Shown here: positions 13,537 to 25,131 of the stretch, one piece after another
Layout: the number at the start of each line of letters is the position of its first letter
How positions within the stretch are numbered: the first letter of the stretch is position 1
Assembly (NCBI RefSeq): GCF_018389705.1
Contig: NZ_CP065581.1
Coordinates: 1 to 32,000 of the forward strand
DNA from: Mycoplasma mycoides subsp. capri
GTDB lineage: Bacteria; Bacillota_I; Bacilli_A; Mycoplasmatales; Mycoplasmataceae
Reading direction: 5' to 3'
DNA: 32,000 nt
Notes under the pieces: generated by a model
Told to the model about the DNA's origin: nothing
The model's database searches: none
The model's input: only the letters and a program-made list of their open reading frames with translations
Position numbers and translations under genes: made by a program

Positions 13537-15142
13537 TAGTTTTCATCTCCTTTCTATTTTTTGTTGTTTTAGTAACTTGATTTTGTTTAATTTGTTCTAA
13601 AGTTTGACCAATCATTAAAGCTCCGATTTCTTCTTTTTTAGCTTTTTTAGCAGGTAATTCACCGATTAGTTTTCCATCATTAATAACAACTATTCTATCT
13701 GCTAGAGCAATTACTTCATTTAAATCATAAGAAACTAGTAAAATAGCTCTACCTTTTTCTTTTTCTTTTAAAATGTGAGAATGAACATTTTCTATAGCTC
13801 CAACATCAAGTCCTCTAGTAGGTTGAACAACTATTAATAAATCATGATCTTTTTTAATTTCTCTTCCTACAATAGCTTTTTGTTGATTACCACCAGATAA
13901 TCCTCTTGCTATTGCAGTACCATTTCTAGAACCTCTTATATCAAATTCTTTAATAATTAATTGAGCATATCTAGAAATTGCTTTTTTGTTTATAAATCCA
14001 AATTGTGAAAACGGTTTTTTATCTATTTCTTGACTTACAATATTTTCTTCAACTGAAAAGTCTAATAACATACCATATTTATGGCGATCTTCTGGAATAT
14101 GACTCATTCCCATGTCATATCTTGTTTTAATATTACTATTAACAATGTTTATCTTTTTATAAACAATACCACCACTAACTGGTTTAACTAATCCTGTTAT
14201 TGCTTGAATTAATTCACGTTGGCCATTTCCTTCAACTCCAGCAACAGCTACAATTTCTCCCGGTCTAACTTTTATATTAAAAGTTTCTAGTCCATAAACT
14301 TTATGATTTGTATCTTTTTTAACTATTAAATTAATTACATCTAATATAGGTTCATCAGATAAGGGTTTTTTATATTTGTTTTTAACTTCAACAAGTTTTC
14401 TACCAACCATTGCTTCAGCGATTTCATTCCCACTAACCATTGAAACATCTAAATCTACAATCTTTTTACCTAATCTAATAACAGTAGCAACATTAGCAAC
14501 TTGTTTTATTTCATCCATTTTATGTGAAATAAAAATTATTGTTTTTCCTGCTTTTTGTAGGTTTTTCATAATCTGTAAAAGACTTTGAATTTGTTGAGGA
14601 GTTAAAACTGCAGTAGGTTCATCAAAAACTAAGATATCTGCTTTTCTATATAAAACTTTTAAAATTTCTACACGTTGTTGCAAACCAACTGAAATATCTT
14701 GAATTTTTGCATCTAAATCAACATATAAATCGTATTTATTCATTATGTCAATTAATTCTGCTCGCATTTTAGTTTTATTTAAAAATATATTTGATTTTGT
14801 TTGTTCAACACCTAATATAATATTTTCTAAAACTGTATTGACTTCAACTAGTTTAAAATGTTGGTGAACCATACCAATACCTAGTTTATTTGCTTTAATT
14901 GGATTTGAAATAATTTCTTCTTTGCCATTAACTTTAATTGTTCCAGAAGTTGGCTGGTATAAACCAAATAGAATTGACATTAATGTAGATTTACCAGCTC
15001 CATTTTCACCAACAAGAGCGTGTATATCACCTTTTTTAACTTTAATTGTTATATCATCATTAGCAACAATAGCACCATTTAAAAACGTCTTAGTAATATT
15101 TTGCATTTCAATAGCATAATCAATTTTTTGTTCTTTATTCAT
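13526..15142 (-). CDS. ABC transporter ATP-binding protein with two nucleotide-binding domains (nucleoside/simple-sugar type, 538 aa)
   Basis: Walker A GENGAGKSTLMS, VGLQQRVEILKVLYRKADILVFDEPTAVLTP, and second domain GVEGNGQRELIQAI...LSGGNQQKAIVGREI. RbsA/NupO-like tandem NBD architecture. AAGGAG upstream. Confidence 0.95.
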   Translation of the reverse strand: MNKEQKIDYAIEMQNITKTFLNGAIVANDDITIKVKKGDIHALVGENGAGKSTLMSILFGLYQPTSGTIKVNGKEEIISNPIKANKLGIGMVHQHFKLVEVNTVLENIILGVEQTKSNIFLNKTKMRAELIDIMNKYDLYVDLDAKIQDISVGLQQRVEILKVLYRKADILVFDEPTAVLTPQQIQSLLQIMKNLQKAGKTIIFISHKMDEIKQVANVATVIRLGKKIVDLDVSMVSGNEIAEAMVGRKLVEVKNKYKKPLSDEPILDVINLIVKKDTNHKVYGLETFNIKVRPGEIVAVAGVEGNGQRELIQAITGLVKPVSGGIVYKKINIVNSNIKTRYDMGMSHIPEDRHKYGMLLDFSVEENIVSQEIDKKPFSQFGFINKKAISRYAQLIIKEFDIRGSRNGTAIARGLSGGNQQKAIVGREIKKDHDLLIVVQPTRGLDVGAIENVHSHILKEKEKGRAILLVSYDLNEVIALADRIVVINDGKLIGELPAKKAKKEEIGALMIGQTLEQIKQNQVTKTTKNRKEMKTNAI

Positions 15143-15153
15143 AGTTATGCTCC

Positions 15154-16800
15154 TTATTTTTTAGTAGATTGAATTAACATTTCTCAATAGTTTTTTATTC
15201 CTGCTATACCATTATTATTTAATGTTAATTTTTCTCATTCTTCATCTTTAATGCTTTTTGAAATTGATTCTAATGCTTTATCTAATGATGTTTTTGTTAA
15301 GTATTGTTTAAAAGTTTCACCTGATTTAAGTAGTGTTTCTTTAAGATTTTTTTCTATTTCTTTTGCTTTATCTTTTGAATAATCAATAGATTCAACTGAT
15401 AAGTTAGCAGCATTTGTTAAAGAACCATTAACTTTTTCAATACTTCATTTAGTGTCTGCTTTTCTTGATGATGAAATAGATCAATCTGCTTGTTCTCCAA
15501 CTAAAGTTGTTCCGTCTTTAATTTCTTTTTCATGTTTTGATGTATATGTTTTATCTTTAATAGTAGCTTTTTGTAGTGATCTTGCTCTATTTAAAGCATA
15601 AACTGAAGCTGAAACAATGTTTTTCTTTGCACTTGTAATAAATCTAGTTTCATTACCTTTTTTAGAAGAACCAACACTTGTAACTTGATCAGTATCAACA
15701 CCAATAACATAAGGTTTATGACCAGTTGATTCTAAAACATCATTAATTTGAGGTCCAGCAACTGGAAAAATAATATCAGCTTGATTTTTAATTAAAGAAT
15801 CAACTATTCCTGATTTTTTAGCTCCACCAACGTCAAATCCTTTTGAAAATCAAGAACTTTCATTAACATCATTTAGTTTTTCAACTTCAGCTTTTGATCC
15901 TAAATTAGCATAATAAACTGGTTTTAGTTTATATTTAACTGTTTGTTTTTTATTATCTGTTAATTCAATTTCTTTTCCTGCAAATTTATTATTATAAACA
16001 TGCATTGCAGCAAGTAATCCTCACATATAATTATCAACAGCATTTTTGTTAGTAATTCCACCAAACATACCTATTGATATGTATTTATTACCTGTTGTTG
16101 AACCTTGTAAGACCATATCAGTTTTAGAATTTGATGCATCAATGGCTTCTTTTGAAAATTCACCACTATTTAAACTAGTCATTTTGGGGAGATTTGCTCA
16201 CATTATTGCATCTCAACCCGCATTAAATCCAGCTAGTTCTGAATTAAAAATAACTGAAATAACATTATCTTTTTTATATTGTGCATCTAAAAAGACAACA
16301 GTTTTATTACCAGCTTTTTTCATTCTATCAGCAGCATAATCAACTGCTCCTAAATGACCAAATGCAGCTAGTAATAATGCATCTGCCTTTTTATAGATTG
16401 CTGTATTATAAGAAGTTCTAAAAGCATCAATTGTATGATCGGGCGTTTCTACATAGTTGTTACTATTTTGTTTTGCATATTCATAATCTTCATTTATGAA
16501 CATATGTTGTTTTTCATCTCATTTAGTGTGCCCACCAATTGAACTTTTGTAATTAAATTGTCTTGCTTCTAATTCATTTTTAATATCAAAATTACTATGA
16601 ATTTGAGACCCATATTTAATTACACCTTCTCAAGAACTTTCATTAAAAGTTTTATCTCTAATGTTACCTCCATCAGTAACAACTAAAACTCTTTGGCCTA
16701 AAATTCCTTCAGCAAAAGTTGGAACTTTACATGAAATCACCATTGAAACTGAACCACTAATTCCAATGAATGTTGTTAAAACTGTTAAAAGCTTTTTCAT
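15154..16800 (-). CDS. BMP-family substrate-binding lipoprotein (548 aa)
   Basis: Signal/lipobox MKKLLTVLTTFIGISGSVSMVISCK. First gene of the ABC operon, with content such as AAFGHLGAVDYAADRMKKAGNKTVVFLDAQY. TGA Trp codons bridged; stop TAA at 15154-15156. Confidence 0.8.
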
Positions 16801-16957
16801 TAATAACCCCCTTAAATATATTTAAATAAAAAAACTAATGTAAATATTTTTTTTGTATAGATTAGTATTTCAATTTAGATTATTTTTTGTTGTTAATAGA
16901 ATTATTTAAAACTTTGTGATCTAGTTATAAATCTTTTTAAATAAGTTTTAAAAGATC

Positions 16958-16990
16958 AAAAAAATCTCAGAAAAAGTCTGAGATTTTTAT
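16958..16990 (-). terminator. Intrinsic terminator of metG
   Basis: AAAAATCTCAGA-AAAAG-TCTGAGATTTTT hairpin. Its distal arm overlaps the metG stop codon (16987-16989). Confidence 0.75.
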
Positions 16991-18516
16991 TCTTTAATTC
17001 TATTAAAAATTACCTTTTTATCATTTAATTTATTGAATTTAATATTAGAAAAACTCTTAAGATTTTCAAAGTCAATTTGAACGTTTTCTAATCCAGATTG
17101 TTCGATCATATCTTTATATGAATCAACTAAAACTGGTTTTAATAAATAAGAAATGATTGCAATATTTCTTTGTAAAGTAGCTAAAACAGTTTTTAGCTCT
17201 TCAATTTTGTTTTCTTTTTCTAAATTTCAAGGTGCTTTAGTTTCAATATATTTATTACATGCATTAGATAATTCTAAAACCACTTTAATAGCTTCACTAA
17301 TTTTATATTGGTCCATATTAAAAATATAGTTATCAATTGTTTTGATACCTAAATCAATTAATTCTTGATCATAATTAATATTATTTAAATCAATATATCC
17401 ATTAAAATATTTACTAATCATGTTATGAGTTCTACTTATTAAATTACCTACATTATTAGCTAAATGAGCATTAAATGATTCAATAAATAATTCAAGACTA
17501 AAATTACCATCTTTTTCAGTTGGTAGATCATTTGCTATATAAAATCTTAAAGCATCAGCTGAATATAATTCAATAATTTTAACTGGATCAATTACATTTC
17601 CTAAAGATTTACTCATTTTAGTATTTTTATTTAAAATTCATCCGTGACCTAGTAAATGTGTGGGTTGTTTTAAATTTAAAGCTTCTAACATTACTGGTCA
17701 ATAAATTGAGTGAAACCTAATAATTTCTTTTCCAGCTAATTGTAAAATTTCACAATCATCATTTTGTCAAAACTTTTTAAACAATGAGTCATCTTCTTGA
17801 AGATATCCTAAAGCTGTTATATAGTTACTTAAAGCATCTAATCAAACATAAATTATATGTCTTTGATCTTCAGTAATTGGAATACCTCACTTAAAACTTA
17901 CTCTAGTTACTGATAAATCTTTTAATCCTGGTTCAACAAAATTTTTTAACATCTCATTTCTTCTATATTCAGGAATTAAGAAGTCTGATTTTAAAACATT
18001 TTGCACAAATTCTTGAAACTGACTAACTTTTAAAAAGTAAGTATCTTCATTAACTAATTGTGGTTTTGTGTTTGAAATTTTACATAATCCATTTTCATCA
18101 ATTTGTTCATTAGTTAAAAACTCTTCACAACTAACACAATATATTCCTTCATATTGTCCTTTATAGATATATCCTTTTTCTAATAAAATAGTGAAGATTT
18201 TTTGAACTGCTTTTTCATGATAATCATCTGTAGTTCTAATGAATTTATCATAATTAATATTTAATTTAGTTCATAAATCTTTAAAAGCTTGTACTTTAGG
18301 GTTTAGATATTCTAGTGGTGTTAGATTAGCTTCTTTTGCTTTGTTTTCAATCTTTTGACCATGTTCATCACTACCTGTTAAAAAGAAAGTCTCATAGCCT
18401 TGTTCTTTTTTATATCTATTTAAAATATCAGCTAGTGTTGTTGTATAAGCATGACCTAGATGTAAATTACCACTAGGATAATAAATTGGTGTGGTTATAT
18501 AAAATTTCTTTGACAT
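16987..18516 (-). CDS. metG: Methionyl-tRNA synthetase (509 aa)
   Basis: Class I HIGH-type motif [32 protein letters not shown], and [12 protein letters not shown] (KMSKS). Joins track ORFs 18271..18516 and 17227..17616. Confidence 0.98.
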
Positions 18517-18635
18517 ATTATCCTTTCATAAGTATTATTTTACCAAGAATATCTTTTATATATTTTTATATATTTCAACCTGTTTAAAATATATTGTAAG
18601 TAATTAATATTTAAAGTATGAAAAATTAAGTTTTT

Positions 18636-18664
18636 TTGATAAATTATGTACTAATTTTAGATAT
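18636..18664 (+). promoter_or_regulatory. Candidate promoter for the lipoprotein gene array
   Basis: TTGATA (18636-18641), 17-nt spacer, AGATAT (18659-18664), 52 nt before ATG 18716. The -10 match is weak, so this is a candidate only. Confidence 0.3.
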
Positions 18665-18715
18665 TTTAGCTATGTTGTTATAATATTTTCGAAAAAATTT
18701 TGTAGGTATATTATT

Positions 18716-20323
18716 ATGAAAAAAGCGACTAAATTATTATTATCTATTTTACCAATATCATCAATTAGTTTTTTAAGTGTAATTTCATGTTCAACAACAA
18801 ATTCAAATGCAAAACAACCAGATAAAAAGCCTGAAAAACCAAATGAAAAAGACCCAATAATTCCTAAAAAACCAGATGATAAAAAACCTAATAATAAACC
18901 TGATTCAAATATTCCAAGTGAAAATAAAGACCCATCTAAACCCGATAAAACTCCAAATACTTCAGATACTAACCCAAAACAACCTGAAGAAGATTCTAAA
19001 AAACCTGATGAACAGCCACATGGTGATCATCCTAATAATAATCACCCACATAATAATCAACCTGCTGACCAACCTGAAGTTAATAAAGTGGATTTCTATG
19101 ACTTAGATAAAATCAAAACTGAGCTATCATATAAATCTATTAAGTTATATGCAGATAAAGATCCTAGATCAGCATGATTTGATTTAAAGAATGATTTAAA
19201 TACCTTTTCTAATCTTTTATATAGAGAATATGAAAATATAAAAAATAAATATACCTTAAGTTTTGAAGATGATATTCCTGTATTTAATTTTGCAAAAGGT
19301 TTAATTGATAAAGTTAAAGTTAAGTTTACTAAAAACAATGAACACAAAGTAATTTCATTCACTTTAATGGGGTTTAAAACAAGCGAAAAAGTAATTAACA
19401 ATAAAGAGAGATACATAAAAGAAAAATCCGAATTAAATAGTAAATTTAAAGGCTTATATCCTTCATTAGTTGCTTTTATGTTAATGTATGCTGAAGATTC
19501 ACAAAGTTATAAATCACTAGAACAAAAAGGAAAAACAGTAGGTTTTGATGAATTGAATTATCCAAATAATGATTTGTTTGGAAGTGATTATCAGGGAATT
19601 AATCAAGTAACTAAGAAGTTGTTACTAAATTATGATTATGAATTATCTAAACTTTATAAAGATAAAATAACTGAAGTTAAATATGATGATATAAATGGAA
19701 CATTAGGACTTAAAATTGAAATTTCAAATATAGAGAATAATCCAAAAACCGAAAAAGAAAGCGTTTTAATAAAAGAATTTAATATTAAAGGTTTTAGAAG
19801 TATAGATTTTAAAAATGAAGATAAAAATGTTTTATCTTTTATATTGTTGCAAAATAGTTTAAAAGAAATGGTACAAAAAGGAAGTTTGAAAAAAACTATA
19901 GAATTACTAAAACCATATGATCAATATGGAGTAAAAATACCACTTGAACAAACTACTGGTACGGGTTTAAAAGATGAAATATTTAAATACTTATTAATAA
20001 ATATATTTGACAATTCTTATCATATTTATAATTCTACTCAATCATTGAGTCTTTTAAATAACAGCAAAAATGATAATAAATCAATATTGGGTCTAGCTGG
20101 ACATATGTCAATTTATCCATTTCATACCAGAATTACAAAAGAATCTATTGATAATATTTTTATAACAATCAATAAAGAAGAGGATAATAAAATTAAAGTT
20201 ATACTTGATTTTGAAATTAAAATCCCTATTTATTCAGTTGGATATAGTGATTTAAAATCTCCTGGAACAGGTGCTTCAACTCCATTGGTACTAAAAATAA
20301 ATTCTACTGCTTTAATTGATTAA
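18716..20323 (+). CDS. Tandem-family surface lipoprotein, copy 1 (535 aa; resembles mycoides-cluster LppA-type lipoproteins)
   Basis: Lipobox SFLSVISC, Pro/Lys/Asn/Asp-rich linker, then a conserved domain with SRLxGLYPSLVA(Y/F)MLMY...-like motifs. Track ORFs joined through TGA Trp. The LppA name is from recall, not a search. Confidence 0.85.
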
Positions 20324-20352
20324 TTTGTATAAGTTAAAGTGAGGATATAATT

Positions 20353-21855
20353 ATGAAAAAAGCAACTAAATTATTATTATCTATTTTACCAATTTCATCA
20401 ATTAGTCTTTTAAGTGTAATTTCATGTTCAACAAGAAATTCAAATAATATGGAATCTGATAAAACTCCAAAAATGCCTGAAAATGATTCAACTAAACCTA
20501 GTGAAGATCCTAAAAAACCCGAAGAAAATCAACTTAAAAAACCAGATGAACAACCTCAAGGTGATGATTCTAATAATAATGTTCAACCACATAATGATCA
20601 ACCTGCTGATCAACCTGAGACTCATATAGTGAATTTTTCTGATGTAGATAAACTGCCAAGAGAAATTTCATTAGAACATTTTACTAATTACAAAAATAAG
20701 CCTTTAGAATCGGCTTGATCAGATTTGCAAAAGGATAGCACCGTTTTTAGTCATATTCTTTTTAAAAATCTTAAAGGATATAAAATTAGTTTTGAAAACA
20801 CAAGTGCTGTTAAATTTGATCATTCAAAGGGTGTTATTGGTAATGTAAAAATTAAATTTACAAAAGAAGGTAAAACCATAACACGTGTGTTTATGTTTAC
20901 TGGTCTTAAGAAAAATGAAGAGATAAAACCAAATCAACCAAAGAACAATAAAGATAATTATATAAAACCAAGATCTGTAGATAATAGATTATCTGGTCTT
21001 TTTCCTTCATTACTAGCTTATATGTTATTATTTGTTGAAGATAATAAAAAATATGAAGAAATTCAATGAAATAAAAATTCAATAAACTTTGACCAATTAA
21101 AAAATAAAAATACTAACTTCTTTGATGAAAGTTTTGTTGGCTTTAATGTAGGGACAAAAGAATTGCTATTTGAATATAATGAAAATGATAGAACTAAATA
21201 TGAAGATAAAATAACAAGTGCAAAATATGATGATATTAATGGTGAACTTGGTTTAGAAGTAGAAATTAAAAATAGAAAAGATAGCAACTTAAGTGAACCA
21301 GGTATAACAAAAGTATTTAATTTTAAGGGCTTTAGAAAAACTAACTTTAATAATCAAGATGATAATGTTTTATCTTTATCATTACTACCAAGTGATTTAA
21401 AAGATCTTGCTACTAAAGGTTCTTTAAAATCAGATATTAATAAGGCAATAGAATCTAAAGAATTTAGTAAGAAGATATCTATTTCAAACAATGATTTTAT
21501 AAAAAATGAATTATTTAAAAAATTAATATTAAATGTAGTAGATAATGAGAATCATATATATAGAGATACACAGTCACTAAAATTAGATTACAGTAATAAG
21601 AGTGGAGAAAGCAATACAATAATAGCATTTAATGACGGAACATCATTATATCCATTACATACAAAAATTGATAAAGATTCAATAGGTGATATTTTTATTA
21701 CTATCACTAATGAAGATGGGCAAAATAAATTAGAAATTGAATTAAACGTTAACATACCTTTTTATGCATCAAATCTAAATGATCTAACATCTCATTCAAC
21801 AAGTCAAGATAAAACATTAGAATACAAAATTAATGCGTCTACTAGAATTGGTTAA
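20353..21855 (+). CDS. Tandem-family surface lipoprotein, copy 2 (500 aa)
   Basis: Nearly identical signal peptide (MKKATKLLLSILPISSISLLSVISCSTRNSN), shuffled linker, and conserved domain. Continuous through TGA codons at 20716-20718 and 21067-21069. Confidence 0.85.
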
Positions 21856-21869
21856 AGTAAAGGATAACT

Positions 21870-23459
21870 ATGAAAAAAGCAACTAAATTATTATTATCTA
21901 TATTACCCATTTCATCAATTAGTCTTTTAAGTGTGGTTTCTTGTTCAACAACAAATTCTAATAATAATAAACCTGATAAATCAGAAGAAAAAGCACCAAT
22001 AATTCCTAAAAAACCTGATTCAACTATTCCAAGCGAAAGTAAAGACCCATCTAAACCGAATGAAACTCCAAAAACTCCTGAAAATGATTCAACTAAACCT
22101 GAAGAAAATCAATCAAAAAAACCAAATAAACAACCTCAAGGTGAGGACTCTAATAATAATGTTAAACCACATAACGATCAACCTGCTGATCAGCCTAATA
22201 TAAATAAAGATGAATTTGTTGATCTGGACAAATTACCTAAAGAAATTTCATTTGAAAGGTTTACTTTTTATACATCAAAAGATGCTACAACTGCACTAAG
22301 TCATTTAAGAATGGATGGCTCAGTTATTAAACTTATTTTTTCAAGTACTTATAGAAATATTTTTGAAAGATATGATATCAATTTAGAATTAGACGGCAAT
22401 GAAAAAGAAGATGTTAAAAAAGGTTTGATAGATAAAGTAAAAGTTAAATTTACTAATAAAAAAGATAAAAAATCTAAAATTATTGAGTTTACTTTTACTG
22501 GTTTTAAAGTAGTTCAAAAAACTCCTGATAAAGAAGATAAAAATAGTAAAAAAAATTATATAAAGAAAAAAGAAAAAATAAATAGTAGATTAACTGGTTT
22601 ATATCCATCACTAGTTGCATATATGATTATGTATACCCAAGAACCTAAAAATTATAAAGATCTAATGCAAAAAGATTCAATAAATTTTGAGGAACTAGAA
22701 AATAATAACCCTAACCTATTTGCAAACCCAGAAATTAATCTTAATGTTGTTGCATTAAAAGACTTATTGCTTGAATATAATAGAGAATTAGGAAAACTTT
22801 ATAAAGATAAAGTAATTGCTGTTAGTTATGATGATGTTAATGGTAAATTAGGTTTAAAATTATTAATTGAAAATATAGAAGAAAACAATACAATGGCTAG
22901 CAAATATTCAGAAACTTTAGAATTTGGTTTTGATGGATTTAGAAAAATTGATTTAAAAAATCCAAATAAAAACGTATTATCTTTATTATTACCACAAAAT
23001 AGTTTTAAGGATATGATTAAAAATAATGTTTTTAAAGAGAAAATAGAAGTCTTGAAATCAGGAAAGCAAAAAGAAGATAAGTTGTTGATAAAAGAAGAGC
23101 ATGCAAAGCAACTAATTTTTAAAAATCTACTAGTTCAAATAATTGATAATGAAAATAATTTATATAGGGTAACACAAACTTTGAGTCTTCAAAATAATAA
23201 AAAAGATAATTATACTTCTATATTAGGATTAGCTGGAGGAGGATCTTTATATCCATTTCATACTATAATTAATAATGATTCAATTAAAAACATTTATTTA
23301 ACAATTAATAAAGAAAATAAAAAACATAAAGTGACAATTAACTTTGAAGTTTATATTCCTATATTTGCATCAACAACTAGTGATTTAACTTCTCATGCAA
23401 CAAGTGGTGATACAAATATATTAAAACTAGACATTACTACAAATGCTTTAATTGATTAA
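21870..23459 (+). CDS. Tandem-family surface lipoprotein, copy 3 (529 aa)
   Basis: Single uninterrupted ORF with the same signal peptide and domain architecture. Confidence 0.88.
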   Translation: MKKATKLLLSILPISSISLLSVVSCSTTNSNNNKPDKSEEKAPIIPKKPDSTIPSESKDPSKPNETPKTPENDSTKPEENQSKKPNKQPQGEDSNNNVKPHNDQPADQPNINKDEFVDLDKLPKEISFERFTFYTSKDATTALSHLRMDGSVIKLIFSSTYRNIFERYDINLELDGNEKEDVKKGLIDKVKVKFTNKKDKKSKIIEFTFTGFKVVQKTPDKEDKNSKKNYIKKKEKINSRLTGLYPSLVAYMIMYTQEPKNYKDLMQKDSINFEELENNNPNLFANPEINLNVVALKDLLLEYNRELGKLYKDKVIAVSYDDVNGKLGLKLLIENIEENNTMASKYSETLEFGFDGFRKIDLKNPNKNVLSLLLPQNSFKDMIKNNVFKEKIEVLKSGKQKEDKLLIKEEHAKQLIFKNLLVQIIDNENNLYRVTQTLSLQNNKKDNYTSILGLAGGGSLYPFHTIINNDSIKNIYLTINKENKKHKVTINFEVYIPIFASTTSDLTSHATSGDTNILKLDITTNALID

Positions 23460-23491
23460 TTATATATGTCATTAGAAATGAGAGATATATT

Positions 23492-25063
23492 ATGAAAAAA
23501 GCAACTAAATTATTATTATCTATATTACCAATATCATCAATTAGTTTTTTAAGTGTGGTTTCTTGTTCAACAACTAATTCAAGTGAGAAACAACCTAAAA
23601 AACCAAGTGAAAACACTCCAAAAACACCACTAAAACCAGATGATATAAAACCTAATAATAACGATGATAATTCAAACAATAATTTCAATCCAGATCATAA
23701 AAAACCTGATTCAACTAATCCAAGTGAAAACAAAGACCCATCTGAACCTGAAGAAAAGCAGCCAGATATAAAACCTCAAGGTGATAATCCTAATAATGTT
23801 CAACCACATAACGATCAACCTGAAATTAATAATGTAGACCTTTCTGACTTAGATAAAATAAAAAAGGAATTGTCATTTGACAATTATTTAATATATAAAC
23901 AAAAAGACCCTATATCAGCTTGATCTATGTTAAAAAATGATTTATCTACAATAACAACTGTTTTCTACAACACTAACAAAAATGTTAAAAGGGAATATAA
24001 ATTAAGTTTAGAAAGTCCAAATAAAGATCCTGACTTTATTTCTAAAAAAGGAGTAATTGATAAAGTAAAAATTAAGTTTACAAAAGAGAATAATTTTAGA
24101 ATTCTTGAATTTAGTTTCACAGGATTTAAAGTAACAGAAATAGACAAAAATAAAAATAAAAAATATGATTATATTAAACCAAAAGAAACAGTAGATTCAA
24201 GATTAAGTGGTTTATATCCTTCTATTTTAGCATATATGTTGTTATATGCAGAAAATACTAATAACTATAAAAGTTTGCAAGAAACAGACAAAGATGCAAT
24301 TAATTTTGAAGGATTAATAAATAAACCAACTAACTTATTTAATGATAAATTTGTAGGTTTTAGTGTTGGTACTAAAGAATTGCTATTTGATTTTAACGAA
24401 AATTACAGAAAACTATATGTTTATAAGTTAGTTGGTGCTGGATTTGATGATATCAATGGAACATTAACTTTAAAAGTGGAAATCAATAATAGTGAAGATA
24501 ATAAAGAAAAAGAGCCTGGAATTTCTAAAGAATTTAGCTTTAAAGAATTTAGAAAAGTAAATACTGATGATCCTAGCAAAAATCCTTTTTATGTTTCATT
24601 AACACCAGCTGATCTAAAGAAAATAATAACTGACAAAAGTATTAAAAAAAATTTAGAAGATCTACATTTGGATATAACAAAAGAAAATAATCTTTTAGAT
24701 TTTGGTATTGATTCTAGGGGAATATGAGGAGATCAGATATTGAAACATCTGACTATTAGTCTAACTGATAATGATAATCATATATATGATTCAAAAGAAA
24801 CCTTAACATTTAGAAAAAGCAAGAATAGCGATTACAAGTTTATTTTAGGATTAAAACATAATATGTCATTATATCCATTTAATACTATGATCAATAATGA
24901 TTCGATTAAAAATATTTTATTATCAGTAAAAGATAAAAAGATAACTCTTGATTTTGAATTAGAAGTCCCAGTTTTTGCAACCGGATTAAGTGACTTAACC
25001 TCATTTTCTTCATATAATACAAAAACATTGAAATTAAAAATTTCATCAACAACATCAATTTAA
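23492..25063 (+). CDS. Tandem-family surface lipoprotein, copy 4 (523 aa)
   Basis: Same signal peptide and domains. Track ORFs 23492..23923, 23927..24727 and 24740..25063 are in one frame via TGA Trp. Confidence 0.86.
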
Positions 25064-25081
25064 TAAGAATCTAAAGATATT

Positions 25082-25110
25082 AAAAGCCTGGACTAAATCC
25101 GGGTTTTTCA
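25082..25110 (+). terminator. Intrinsic terminator of the lipoprotein array
   Basis: AAAAGCCTGG-ACTAAAT-CCGGGTTTTT stem with G-U wobbles followed by T-tract, 19 nt after the stop of copy 4. Confidence 0.65.
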
Positions 25111-25131
25111 TTAGTTTTTAATTAATTCTTT

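Noticed and set aside
14376-15119. Plus-strand ORFs (14376..14588 and 14922..15119) antisense to the ABC ATPase
   Set aside because: Antisense shadows of a strongly supported tandem-NBD ATPase.
16046-16339. Plus-strand 97-aa ORF antisense to the BMP lipoprotein
   Set aside because: Opposite strand of a supported lipoprotein gene, with no independent signals.
18800-23860. Repeated Pro/Lys/Asp/Asn blocks considered as CRISPR or simple tandem repeats
   Set aside because: Blocks are in-frame protein linker modules of irregular length and spacing within separate genes, with no regular repeat-spacer pattern and no cas genes.
19096-24147. Minus-strand and shifted-frame ORFs within the lipoprotein array (18876..19106 +, 19096..19416 -, 21063..21287 -, 23437..23688 -, 23965..24147 -)
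   Set aside because: They recur antisense or out of frame to the same conserved lipoprotein regions, so their similarity reflects the sense-strand paralogy, not independent genes.
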